DNA of 62,904 nucleotides, the filler included, from Chrysochromulina tobinii (lineage: Eukaryota): assembly GCA_001275005.1 (NCBI GenBank). It is 10 parts of 10 records of this genome, joined end to end, with 100 filler letters (N's around TTAATTAATTAA, not from the genome) between each part and the next. Parts side by side here need not be neighbours in the genome. Positions count along the whole stretch, not along the records: positions 35,635 to 44,794 come from JWZX01000398.1; positions 44,895 to 46,343 come from JWZX01000399.1; positions 46,444 to 49,748 come from JWZX01000400.1; positions 49,849 to 59,508 come from JWZX01000403.1; 6 more parts are not named here. One strand, written 5' to 3'. Both the position numbers and the translations under genes were made by a program. The notes under the pieces were generated by a model. The model searched no databases, was not told where the DNA came from, and worked only from the letters and a program-made list of their open reading frames with translations. How positions within the stretch are numbered: position 1 is the first letter of the stretch; each line of letters begins with the position of its first letter. Below are positions 39,714 to 51,740 of this stretch, one piece after another.

Positions 39714-41960
39714 TCACATGAACTTGGGGTTGCCATAGCAGACCTTTGTGAGCATAGCCCCAACGCAGAAAAGGACACACATCGCATATGCGGTCCATGA
39801 AAGCGAGACTAGCAGGGCGTGCACGTTCTTGTCGTGCGGCAAATAGGCATAGCCCAATGCCATACCAAAAGGCACCATGTTGATGATGACCCACGCGACG
39901 GAGATATTAGCCAGCACGGTGTTGTCCCAGCCCCACTGCAGCGTGTCGAGCGTCTTGGAAACGCCTCCGGCAACGGCCACGATGAATCCGGCGACGAACA
40001 CGATCCAATGGAAGATCATGTCATGCCGTGTCGAATCTCGAGGGTCCTCGGACGGGCCAGTTGCCTCCGTTAGCTGTTCTTGCAACGCCTGCACCGCGTC
40101 TTCGTCATAGACGCCATTTTCATCCACCAAACCGTACATGACGGCGACTTCAGCATCAGTGAGTCCCGAACCCTTTTTCTGATCGAGAAGCTGCTCCTGT
40201 TTCGCCGGCTCTTTCTTCGCCGCCTTGGGGTCCCCTTTCTTCTCGGTCACCTTGAACACGATCTTCTTGCCGAAGCCCAGACGACCACGGACTGCTTTCC
40301 ACATCGCCTTGAGGAAGCACCACCACATGATGTAATTCACCTTGGACCCAAGGAAACCAGTGAAGCGCGAGAACCGACGTGGCATCATCTCAACGACTGC
40401 GATCAGGGTGATGAAGTAAGATATCCACAGGATGACGAGCACGGTGGTCAACTCTTTCACCGGGTGCGTTTTGGTGTACACAGAGACGACAGGCACAATC
40501 AGAAAGACGGGGAAGCAGATGATCGTCGAAAGGTAGCCCATGATCGAGTTGAAGTAGCACAACATCTGGATGGCGGGCAGCTGGCGGACCCACATGAAAG
40601 TCTCCACCTGGAAAAAGACCTGGAAGCAGCCCGTGCACCAGCGCGAACGCTGCTTAAAAATCTGCCGCAAGTCATCGGGCGCCTCGCCCGTCGTCAGCAC
40701 ATGCCCATGGTACCGGCAATGCCAGCCCGACGCGGTCAATTTGAGCGAGAGCAAGAAGTCCTCGGTGATCGACTCGGTCGGGAACCAGCCCACGGCAGCA
40801 AGAGGAGCGGCACGTACGGCGAAGTTGGTGCCGCAGCAGACAGTCGCGCGCCACGCGTCGAGGCCTGTCTGCACGCCGAAGAAGAAAGTACTGCGCGTTC
40901 GAGGCTGGGTGAGTAGCATTAGGGATGGCAAGGCAAACATTTGGGTGATCACGGCAAGCGCACGAGTTCTGATGGTTGAAGACGTCGCCAGCATGGTCGA
41001 CATTGAAAAAGTGCTGAGGCGTTTGAGCGATGGCAGTCTGCGGGTCGTCCTCGAAATAGGGCAGCACGTGCTGCAAAAAGTTGGGATGTGCCTTCATATC
41101 GGCGTCAAAGATTACTATGATGTCATTGTCGCGAGGCCGCTTTTTAGCGAAGATGTTGAATTTGAGTGCCGAATTAACGTTGCCCGCCTTGCCATGAATG
41201 GGCACACCCGGCCACTTGTTCCGCGCGAGGTAGATCAAACGCTCGTTACCCATCTCCATGCACTTCTTCTCGCGCTCGAGGTTCCGGCCGTCATCAAGCA
41301 TGTACACGTACACCTTGGCCCATTCGTGCTTGAGCTGCAGCGCCGCCTCACAAGTGGCGAACACAAGGTCCGATGGCTCGTTGTAGCATGGCACGCAGCA
41401 GTGCACTACGTATCGTGGCTTTATCCTGGGCACCACCTTAGGCGGCGCCTGGTTGTATGCCCACGGCTGCGGGAAGCGGATGACCGCAAGCATCATCACG
41501 CAAATCGCGCCGAACATCTCAGCGACGCAAATTGTGGTTTGGTAGTACATGCGGTACGGCACGTCCCACTCAATCGTGTACAACCATCGATACCAAAAGT
41601 AGGACGGTAGCAGCACAAAGTAGCAGACAACAAGCAGGCGGTAGATGACCTTGCCCAAGTCCTCAGTCTGCTCCTGCCCAAGATCCGTGGGCACCTGCTG
41701 TGAGGGCATGGCATCATCGTCGTCGTCATTCACCTCATCGTTAACCCCATCATCCTCGTCATCGTCCTCGTCCTCTTCCTGCAGCATTAAACAAGGCAAC
41801 ATGTCAGCATCAAAGCGCCAAACAGAGAGCAAAAGAGCCTGATGAAGGTGCCGTCTCAGCGCACATCGAATTCATCATCATCCTCGCTTGACTGCTCCCT
41901 AGTTGTGGACACGCGCTGCATGCCCTGGTGGGATCGATCTGTCCTGCTTGCGACTCGCAT
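39714..41960 (-). CDS. Cellulose-synthase-like processive GT2 (introns 40891..40963 and ~41780..41863)
   Basis: 'VPCYNEP', 'LDDG', 'KAGNVN', 'FDAD', 'QTPQHF', 'CCGTN', 'SITED', 'QRSRW' give the D,D,D,QxxRW set, followed by TM helices. Splicing GTGCGC...CGCAG (40963..40891) joins 'NHQNS|TFFFGVQ'. Confidence 0.9.
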
Positions 41961-42838
41961 CTCGCTGCACGGAAATGGGACGCCCTTCGAAAAATACCTT
42001 TTTCGGTAAAAAAGGCGAGTGTAACTTCGTCCATCCTTCTGAAAACGGGCTGGGAATTGCAGTGTACAGGCCTAGAGTGGCAGCCCAGGACCCACATCAC
42101 CCCGCCCCTCTAACAAGAGTAAATCATACCACAGCACCGCGCAGAAAGAGAGCGCGTGCCCCTATAAAATACATGGACGATTCGAAAACGATTCGATGGT
42201 CGAATTCGAGGGCGCTCATCTCATTGGGCACGGCGGAGGGGCGTTCTTCAGATGCAGCCATCCGCCTGGGCGCGAGACTGCAGGTTAACACGTACCAGGG
42301 CTCCAGTTCACAAGTTCTGCTCCATGCGACGAGGCCAACTCTCAATCAAGAAATTCACGGAAGAACGCTTTCTTGGAGACGCCTGGTGGGAAGTGGATGT
42401 TGATTGTCGTAGGAGCCCACTGACTTCCAACGCAGAACAGCCCGATGCGTGCGTGTCAGTGAATGCGAGTCTGAGCAACCCGCGCAGCGACATCAGTGGC
42501 TACATCGGCTAGTCATTTCCTGCCCCCGAGGAGCGAGGCGACTCCGCCAGTCCGCTTGCCCGCAACCGGGTGTGTGCTACCACCTCGCCCGCCAGCGGTC
42601 ATCGGAGTAGCTCTTGCTGGAGCACACGCGACGGCGACACCAAAGCCACTCGACTTGGCACCGCCCCTGGACGACAGCACAAGGCAAGGCGCAGCGAAGC
42701 GACAAGGGCACACATGGGGCGAGAAGAGGTGAGCTCCACAGATAGGGAGGGCCAGAGGATGGCAGGTGGTCGACAGCGGTGGATCACTCAAGCTCGGGCG
42801 ACGGAAACAGCGCTGGGAGTGATGTGCTGCGCGAGCCC

Positions 42839-44131
42839 TTACCTGGCGTTGATGCTAGGCGAAGGCGGCGCTGCCACCGTCCTGCTGGGCGATTGGGGCA
42901 GCCCAGGCCGTGAGGGGGTGGACACGGAGCATCCCCCCATCTCCACTGTCAGTCCCCCGTGAGGCGCTCCTTCCCCATCGCTTGAGACACCGTCTGCTGC
43001 CGCGCCGCCCGTCGCAGCCTGCAAGGGCGTCACCGTGCCTTTTGCTGCCATCTCCTTTTGGAACTGCCGACCTTTCTCGTGCATCTTCGCTTCCATCTCA
43101 GCAAGGAAGTTCTGTTGAGGGCCGATTACGGATCCGGGCCGACAAAGGCGGAGCCACGAGATAATCTCCGGCGTCGTCACGAAAAAATGCTTCATGAGGA
43201 ACAGAGAGATGAGCGTCCCTGTCCTGCCGAGGCCTGCCTTGCAGTGGACAGCAAGAGCGCCAGGTTCCGCTTCGACAATCTCGAGGAACCGCTTGAGGAT
43301 CTGCTCTGTGGGGTTGCCTCCGTCCGCAAAATACAGGTCGTAGTGATTGAATTGAGCGTCGAGGAATTTTTTGCGATCATACACTTTGTTGTTGAAGCGC
43401 ACTACGCCCGTGACGTTGTGCTTGCGGAAGTACTCGAAGTAAGTCTCGGGGGTGTTTGTCTTCACGCCATCAACATAGGCGATCGGTGTCTGTGTCGGAC
43501 CCGAGAAGGCGAGGAACTTGCCCGGCACGATCCAGTTGAAGTCGCCATTCTCGACACGCTCGTAGTGCTCGTACTCGTCAGGGTCAAAGTTATCATGATT
43601 GTACCATCCCAGCGAGATAGCTTTGTGCAGGCCAGTGAAGCAATGTAGGACCGTCAATGGGTAGCTCGGCGGCCCGAGAGAGGCATCGCGGTACGGCACG
43701 AGCGCGGGCTTGACGCTCGCAAATGGAGCCCAGGCTTCCTGTGGCGTGACACTGTGGCAGATGATCCGCCATGCGCCACAAAGCAGGATGGAGTTCGCGC
43801 GTGTATCCGTCTGTGGTCTGCACACATGATATATTTTCTTGTTGGCCACGTTCGGATCGGTCATCTTTGCTGTCATCATCCTACTGTACCTGCACAGCTG
43901 CGCAATGTTCAGTGGCCCGAAGTCGCCATAGTAAGGATCGTAGATAAGCACCTCATCGGTATTGAAGAAGTGTGAATCCTCAGTATCTGAGGGTACATGG
44001 CGGCTGCATGCCCAGAAACACTTGTCCTTGCCATCAGCCTGGTAGAACGCGATCGCACCCTGCAGCTGCTGCGCCATGGCCCAATTCTGAGCGACTTGTC
44101 CTTTGGCCCTGATTGTATTCTTTTTCGACAC
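42839..44131 (-). CDS. CDC14: CDC14 dual-specificity phosphatase (termini probably spliced)
   Basis: 'DFGPLNIAQL', 'YRDAS', 'YEHYERVENGDFNWIVPGKFLAFSGP', 'HCKAGLGRTG', 'RPGSVIGPQQ'. Confidence 0.95.
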   Translation of the reverse strand: MSKKNTIRAKGQVAQNWAMAQQLQGAIAFYQADGKDKCFWACSRHVPSDTEDSHFFNTDEVLIYDPYYGDFGPLNIAQLCRYSRMMTAKMTDPNVANKKIYHVCRPQTDTRANSILLCGAWRIICHSVTPQEAWAPFASVKPALVPYRDASLGPPSYPLTVLHCFTGLHKAISLGWYNHDNFDPDEYEHYERVENGDFNWIVPGKFLAFSGPTQTPIAYVDGVKTNTPETYFEYFRKHNVTGVVRFNNKVYDRKKFLDAQFNHYDLYFADGGNPTEQILKRFLEIVEAEPGALAVHCKAGLGRTGTLISLFLMKHFFVTTPEIISWLRLCRPGSVIGPQQNFLAEMEAKMHEKGRQFQKEMAAKGTVTPLQAATGGAAADGVSSDGEGAPHGGLTVEMGGCSVSTPSRPGLPQSPSRTVAAPPSPSINAR

Positions 44132-45374
44132 GTCACAGTACTGTACGAATCAAGGGCTCCTGGCCCTCACGTTCATCTGGTCAACTAAAAATTCAACTAA
44201 GATCAGTGTTGCGTACACTGTCGGGTACAGCTGAAAGCAAGTCGCAAACGGGTTACGGGTACAGCTGTTGACCGATATGGGGTTCACGTCCAATGCCGCG
44301 CACGATGCAATGCATCCGACAATAAGTGCTGGAGCCTGGACTTTGCTGCTGTTTTTTGCCACATGCTATCAAGTGCCGTCGATCGAAAACAAAAATCACC
44401 ATACCCACCCTTAGATACGTATCCTCGAATCGTCCCTTTCTTGGTGGTGAAGCCGGCGGTAGCACTCTAGATATACTGTGTGGGCCGTCGCGTCGTCGTA
44501 GGCAAGCAAGCAAGCAAACAAGCTTGCTTGCTTGCTTGCTTGCTTGCTTGTCGTAGGCGCCCCGCCGCCCATTTCGGCCACGCCTCCGTCCATTGCGATT
44601 GCGGCCCCCGTGCTTGGGGGTCCGGAGAGCGTGCGCGTTGTGTGTTTCACAGCAGCAGCAGCCCATTTCCTCGTAGCACTCTAGCTGGTGTGGGCCGTCG
44701 CTTCGAAGCGTGCTCAGCGTGCTCATCATGCTCATGGTGCTCAGCGAGCGAGCTCAGTGCGCTCTCATCATGCTCATCATGCTCATAATGCTCGNNNNNN
44801 NNNNNNNNNNNNNNNNNNNNNNNNNNNNNNNNNNNNNNTTAATTAATTAANNNNNNNNNNNNNNNNNNNNNNNNNNNNNNNNNNNNNNNNNNNNACCTCA
44901 TCGATGTGGAACTATGTTGAGACGCTGCCCATCTGAAGGTGAGCGCTGTGACGCTGCGAAACGTGCCTCGCACACGGTCGTTAGCGGACAGTATCCTGTC
45001 CCCATCTCCGAAGCTTGTGCTACGCCTGCAGGAACACGTGTGCCTCCTCCCCTCGGCGCAGCTGCTTCGGAAAAGTGATAGTACATTGTACAAATGTAAA
45101 TGTCATTGTACATTCTGACTTTGCAACATATGCCTTGTCTGTTGCGTTCATCAGACCGAACGTGGGGGGACAGGGGGCGCGGGGGGCAGGTACTTCGCTA
45201 CCGGTGCTGAAACGGTGCTGAAACGATGAGGAGAAACGAGTTTCGCACGTGGCGCGTGGCCCTTGTTGGGTGAATGGCGGCGGTGCCCCCTTTGTCCGTG
45301 GATCTCGTGAACATAGTCAGCCTCCACGTGAGGTCGGCGCGCACGTTAGCTGATATGGAGAGCGTTTCAACTGA

Positions 45375-46055
45375 ATGGCGTGCAGCCGTGACGAACGAAC
45401 CCCTCGAGTGGTGACAATCGTGAAGGCACTGGAATGGGAGACGCCAGTATACCGCGAGGTCTATCGCGACCAGCTCGCCTGCACTGTCCCGTCCGCCGCC
45501 GCACCCCCCCCTTCCGTTGATGAGCGCTTACGCAGCTTTGTGTTCACCATCGAGTTCTTCATCGGAGGTACGCCATTCTGGTCATGGACAGGCCATTTCC
45601 AATTAATGGAAGCGCCAATTCAGACCATTGGTTGTCGGCTGTGGACTGCAAACGACCGTCCGCGATGGGCGACCAACTATCTGATCAGTGATTTCCATCG
45701 ATCAAACTATGCTGCAAGAATAACTGTGCGAATCCTCGTCACCAAAAGGAAGGGCACGTGCATTAGTACGCGTGTGTTGACTGACATGATTACCGACATC
45801 TGGGGTGATACCGGATTCTTACTGAAGGAGAGGGATAACTCTTCTAGGACATTCGATTGTGATGGCGAAGCATTCACGCCCATGGCGTGCCGTACCGATG
45901 TACCGGGTGGGACAGCAGCGCTCATTGTGGCGAGAGCAAGTCCTGAGGTCTATGTTGATCAAGGTATATTCCAGTTTGACATCCATACTCCAGATGATGA
46001 GCTTTGGTCACCGGAGGCAGCTGTCGATTTCCTCGAAAGATTCGTGGCGTGGTAA
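45375..46055 (+). CDS. Hypothetical protein (lower GC than neighbours)
   Basis: 226-aa ATG ORF; no recognised motif. Confidence 0.4.
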   Translation: MACSRDERTPRVVTIVKALEWETPVYREVYRDQLACTVPSAAAPPPSVDERLRSFVFTIEFFIGGTPFWSWTGHFQLMEAPIQTIGCRLWTANDRPRWATNYLISDFHRSNYAARITVRILVTKRKGTCISTRVLTDMITDIWGDTGFLLKERDNSSRTFDCDGEAFTPMACRTDVPGGTAALIVARASPEVYVDQGIFQFDIHTPDDELWSPEAAVDFLERFVAW

Positions 46056-46443
46056 CCCCACGACGTCACGCTGCCTCCACCCTAGCTACCGCCCAGGCCA
46101 CCGCCTCCCTTGTTGCCGCAGCCCTTCCCTCCCTCGCGCGCGACAGTGACCTGCCGCCACCAGCTTCCTGTGTGACGAAAAATCTGTAGTACTTTTTGTC
46201 AAGTGTATTCCGTTCGGGCACGTGTATCAAATCACATGTAAACTATACAGTCCTTACTCTTGAAAGTTAAGTGCTTGCCGTTTGGGCACATGTGTATCAA
46301 ACCATCTGCAAACTATACAGTCCTTACCTTCACACTGAATCTCNNNNNNNNNNNNNNNNNNNNNNNNNNNNNNNNNNNNNNNNNNNNTTAATTAATTAAN
46401 NNNNNNNNNNNNNNNNNNNNNNNNNNNNNNNNNNNNNNNNNNN

Positions 46444-49400
46444 ATGGCGATGAGGCCGTTACTGGTGGCGATGGCTTCGGAGAGGCGGGCGAGGCGGCCG
46501 CCCTCTTGGCCGCCTCAGACTTGGCAGCTGCGGCATCCACAGACTCTTCTTTTGTACTATCAAACGGCGCAGCAATCGCGGCCGCGAGCCCGCCGAAAAA
46601 CGACGAATGCTTCTTGACCTTCTCGGCCGCCGCTTTTCCGACCACAACGTGCTCAGCCGCCGCGGGATCAGGTGCTGAAGGCGCGGCAGCAACCTGCTCG
46701 GCCGCTGCATCGAAGGACGGAATCTCAAGCTCCATCACCATGGGCTTCTCCGCCGCGCGCTGCATCTCGTCCTTGATGCGGGCCGTCACCGCAGGGCGAG
46801 TCATACCCTCCATCGACTCACCTGCGACGCTGATGACCTTGCTGCCGATCGCCACGCCTTGCTGCTCAGCCTGCGAGCCTGGAGTCACACTGAGGATGGT
46901 GACACACCCGTCCACATAACCAAACGCCATCCCCAGAGGGCCCGGACCGAAGGTGGCCGTGCGCCGCAAGGTCGTTGGCAAAGCAGGCACCGCTACAGAA
47001 GCAGTGGTCTCCACAGGCTCTTCCTTGGCACTCTTAGACGGCGAAGCAATCGCCGCCGCGAGCCCGCCGAAAAAGGACGAACGCTTCTTAACCTTCTCGG
47101 CCGCCGCCGGCTCAGCTGCAGACTGTTCGGACGCCGAAGGCACGGCCACCCCCTGCTCCATAAGCACTGTCTCATTCGCTGCCTGCTCGGACGCCCCTTT
47201 ACCGGCCTTGACAGCCTCTGGAGTTAAGGCTGCAGAACGAGCAGCTTCACCGACGGACGGATTCTCAAGCTCCAGCACCATGGGCTTCTCCGCCGCACGC
47301 TGCATCTCGTCCTTGATGCGGGCCGTCACCGCAGGGCGAGTCATACCCTCCATCGACTCACCTGCGACGCTGATGACCTTGCTGCCGATCGCCACGCCTT
47401 GCTGCTCAGCCTGCGAGCCTGGAGTCACATTGAGGATGGTGACGCAGCCGTCCACATGGCCAAACACCATCCCCAGAGGGCCCGGACCGAAGGTGGCCGT
47501 GCGCCGCTGCGGAGTAGAGGGTGCCACGGGGGGGGGCGCACTGAAGAGCGCGGCCGCCGCAGAGAGGGAGGCGTCGGAAACGCGAGTGGTCGGTGCTCCT
47601 CCAAAGGGGTTTGACGATCCGCCTGGTGGGTCGTCGAATGGCGATGAGGCCGTTACTGGTGGCGATGGCTTCGGAGAGGCGGGCGAGGCGGCCGCCCTCT
47701 TGGCCGCCTCAGACTTGGCAGCTGCAGCCTCTGCACGAGAGACTTCGTCGACGGACGGAATCTCGAGCTCCAGCACCATGGGCTTCTCCGCCGCACGCTG
47801 CATCTCGTCCTTGATGCGGGACATCACGGGAGCGCGAGTCATACCCTCCATCGTCTCACCTGCGACGCTGATGACCTTGCTGCCGATCGCCACGCCTTGC
47901 TGCTCAGCCTGCGAGCCTGGAGTCACACTGAGGATGGTTACGCAGCCGTCCACATAACCAAACGCCATCCCCAGAGGGCCCGGACCGAAGGTGGCCGTGC
48001 GCCGCAAGGTTGAAGTGAGCACCGTGGCGTCGAGATCGGCAAACAGCTCAGCAGGCGGCCCGGCGGGTGGAGTCGCTGGAACTGCCTCCTTCTTGTTCTC
48101 GAAGGGCGCCGCCATCACAGTGGCGGCGGCATTGGCGGCGGCAGTAAGGCCACCAAGAAGCGACAAGGGACGTTTCGTCCCCGTCTTCAAGGGCGCTACG
48201 TGGTTGGCCGGCGCCTTCACAGCCTTCTCCATGTTGGCGTAATCATCTCCCTCCTGGGCTTGGAGTATCGATGAAAGCGGGTTAGCGTCAGCCGGGATGG
48301 CGGCCTGCTCGGAAGCCGCAGGCGCAACGGAGTTCATGTCTTCAGTGGCGGTGGCGGGCTCGGCGTATGCTTCTGACTCAAGCTCCAAGGACATAGGTTT
48401 CTCCGCCGCGTGCTGCATCTCCTCCTTGATCAAAGCAACGACTTCGGCGTACGGGACGCCCTCCGTCGGCTTACCTGCCACGCTGACGACCTTGCTGCCG
48501 ACAACTACCCCTTGCGCCGCCCCCGACGAGCCCGGGGCTACGCTGTGGATGGTGCAACCGTCCACGTCGCCAAAGGTCAGCCCAAGTCGGCCGGGACCGA
48601 AGGTGACCGTACGCCGAGGAGATGCGGGCGCATCAACCGACCGGGCAGGCGACCCTGCAGGTGCTGCAGTTTCCGCAGGCACCTCGTAAGTGCTCTCAAA
48701 CGGCGAAGCGATCGCCGCCGCAAGTCCGCCGAAGAATGACGAATGCTTCTCGACCTTTTCGGCCGCCACTGTTTCGGCCTCTGCCAGCTCAGCCGCTGCC
48801 AGCTCAGCCGCTGCCTGCTCGGCCGCCGCCACATCGGCCGCTGCCTTCTCGGCAGCAACCTGCTCAGCGGCTGCCAGCTCGACCGCCGCCTTCTCGGCCG
48901 CTGCCTTCTCGGCCGCCGCCGCCTCAGCAGCTGTCATCTCGGCCGCCGCCTTCTCCGAAGCTGCTTTCTCAACCGCCGCCTGCTCAGACGTCGACTTTTC
49001 AGCCGCCGCCTGCTCGACCGCCGCCGCCTGCTCGACCGCCGCCGCCTGCTCGGCGGCCGCCTTCTTGGCCGCCTCTATCTCGGCAGCTGCGACTGCGGCA
49101 CGAGCAGCTTCGTCGACGGATGGAATCACGAGCTCCAGCACCATGGGCTTCTCCGCTGCGCGCTGCATCTCGTCCTTGATGCGGGACATCACGGGAGCGC
49201 GAGTCATACCCTCCACAACAATACCTGCGACGCTGATGACCTTGCTGCCGATCGCCACGCCTTGCTGCTCAGCCTGCGAGCCTGGAGTCACACTGAGGAT
49301 GGTGACACACCCGTCCACATAACCAAACACCATCCCCAGAGGGCCCGGACCGAAGGTGGCCGAGCGAAGAAGAGTCGACGGCGCAGAAAACGCCGCTGCC

Positions 49401-49748
49401 GGAGCTGCGGGCTCCGCAGGCTCCTCCACTGCGCTCTCGAACGGCGAAGCAATCGAAGCCACAAACAAAGAACGCTTCTCGACCTTCTCGACCGCCGCAG
49501 GCTCAGCTGCAGCCGGCTCGGCCGCAAAAAGCGCGGTAGCCGCCGCCTCCAAAACCACAGCCGCAGCCTGCTCGGCCCCCGCCTTCTTTGCAGCCTCTAT
49601 CTCGGCAGCTGCGCCTGCGGAACGAACAGCATCGTCGAAGGACGGATTCTCAAGCTCCATCACCATGGGCTTCTCCGCCGCACGCTGCATCTCGTCCTTG
49701 ATGCGGGCCGTCACCGCAGGGCGAGTCATACCCTCCATCGACTCACCT
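46444..49748 (-). CDS. Multi-PDZ-domain protein with Ala/Glu-rich linkers (both ends truncated)
   Basis: Five full copies plus one partial of 'TFGPGPLGM.FG.VDGCVTILSVTPGSQAEQQGVAIGSKVISVAG' (PDZ fold). Confidence 0.85.
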
Positions 49749-50543
49749 NNNNNNNNNNNNNNNNNNNNNNNNNNNNNNNNNNNNNNNNNNNNTTAATTAA
49801 TTAANNNNNNNNNNNNNNNNNNNNNNNNNNNNNNNNNNNNNNNNNNNNCCCCGCCCCGGCCAGAGCTGGTGCGGCCCCGCGTCCTTGCATATCGATGGGT
49901 TCTACGGGCGTGAGAGGAGGCGCGCGCCTCACCTGCGAGCCGTGAACTGCGTGAATGAGCTCGTGCGGTGCGTGAGCCGCGAGCGTGAGCGGCGTGAGTG
50001 AGCCGCGCTACGCGCGCGCTTGTCTAATACAAAAAAGTGGAGATGAACGTGCGTGTCTGAGTCTGTGGATGTGTCTGTGCAGTGCGTGTATGCATGAGTC
50101 TTGAGGATTTACTCATGAGTGATCGTTTAGGTGCTAGGAAACGGTTTTTCGTTTCGTACTGCTATGAAACCGGCGCTGTACACGCGCTGCTTCGGCCTTC
50201 CGCGCGGCGTCCTGTCCGGGCCGCGTCCGCGGGCCGCCGGCGGTCGCCGGTCCGGCGGTGTGCGGGTCCGCGCCACGGCCGCGCGACGTGGGAGGCACGT
50301 CGCACCAATCGCACCACGTCGCATCCGTGCCGGACGAAAACGTGGCGTCTCAACCGCTATCACGCGACGCGTCAAACTCCACAGTGAGATCTCGGGGGTG
50401 ACGCGTGCTCGTATGCGCGGTGATATGTGCGAAGCTAGTATGCGCGGCCCATGAGGAAGGTGGGCGTGCAGCATCGCGCCGGAGCGGCCAGAGAGACGCG
50501 CGCGCCCACAGCCTCGTCAGCCTCGTCAGCCTCGTCAGCCTCG

Positions 50544-51740
50544 TCAGTCCTCCTCGCACGGTTCCGCCTCGCACGCCGCACGAGCCTCCTCGCACAGCTC
50601 GAGCAGCTGTGGAATCCATTCGCGCTCGTCCGATGGGCACGCGTCGCTCTGCGCGAACTCGCAGGCCGCTGTCGCCTCTGCCAGGGCCTGGGCGGGCTCT
50701 CCGGCCTGCAAGGCGGCGACACATGTGAGGTACCACACCTCGAGGGCCTCATCGCGCTCGAGCCGGAGCGAGAGCATCAGCTCGAGCGCCTCGCCAGCCA
50801 AGCTGATGGCGCCCTCGCCCTCGCCGCCCTCGCCCTCGCCCTCGTCGTCGCTCCCATCTCCGCCGCCGCCGCCGCCACCGCCGCCACCGCCGCCGCCGCC
50901 GCCGCCGCTGCCGGCGGCGCCTCTGCTGGCTCCGTCGCCGTCGCCGTCGCCAAGCGCCTCGCCAACCTCCATGAGCAGCTTGGCGCAGCTCAGGCGAACG
51001 TCGAATGGAGGGAGAGCGTCCTCATCACTGTTCGCGATGATGTCCAGCGCGGCGAGCAGCAGCGGCCGAGACTCTACCGGCCGCTGCTGCGAGAGGCGGA
51101 CCGAGGCGAGGGTCACGTAGGGCTCGAGGAGCGTCTGGTGCGCGAGCGGACGTACGAGCTCCACAGCCTCGCTCGCGGCGGCATCGCATCGCTCCTCCGC
51201 CTCGGGCTCGTCACATGCGTCTGTCAAGAAGACCTCTGCGACCGAGCAGAGGGCCGTGGCGAGCTCGTGCGTCGCCCGGAGCCACGCATCGCTCGGCTCG
51301 CTGTCGGAGCTGGAGGATGAGCACGCTTCGCGCTGCTTGCGCAGCATCGCGATCCCGCGCTCGAGCCACGCAAGGGCGCCTGCGCCCTCCGAGAGCTGGC
51401 CGAGGTTCATGAATCGGTCGGCGCCGCCGTCCGGCTGCAGCTCGATGCTGCGCTTGAGTGCATGCATGGCCTGTTCTCGGTCGCCAACTTGCATGTAAGC
51501 ATCCGCGAGACCATCAACCGCCGCGAGGCACTGCGGCGAGCTCGCGAGAATCTGCAGGTACACGGTGATGGCAGCCTCCATGTCGAGAGTATCGACGTGC
51601 GCTTGCGCCGCGGCAAGGAGCGAGGCGAGCATCTCCTCCGAAGGCACCGCGTTCCGCGCCGAAATCGGCTGCGGTGCCTCCGCCGCGGCGATGGCTGCCT
51701 CCCCGCGACGTCGCGCCTTGGCCGCCTTCTTGGATGACAT
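50544..51740 (-). CDS. ACL4: TPR protein, Acl4-like assembly chaperone of ribosomal protein uL4
   Basis: 'FMNLGQLSEG..AL..LERGI', 'ALCSVAEVFLTDACDEPEAEERC', 'TLASVRLSQQR', 'LPPFDVR...AKLLMEV', 'EVWYL'. Confidence 0.75.
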   Translation of the reverse strand: MSSKKAAKARRRGEAAIAAAEAPQPISARNAVPSEEMLASLLAAAQAHVDTLDMEAAITVYLQILASSPQCLAAVDGLADAYMQVGDREQAMHALKRSIELQPDGGADRFMNLGQLSEGAGALAWLERGIAMLRKQREACSSSSSDSEPSDAWLRATHELATALCSVAEVFLTDACDEPEAEERCDAAASEAVELVRPLAHQTLLEPYVTLASVRLSQQRPVESRPLLLAALDIIANSDEDALPPFDVRLSCAKLLMEVGEALGDGDGDGASRGAAGSGGGGGGGGGGGGGGGGDGSDDEGEGEGGEGEGAISLAGEALELMLSLRLERDEALEVWYLTCVAALQAGEPAQALAEATAACEFAQSDACPSDEREWIPQLLELCEEARAACEAEPCEED

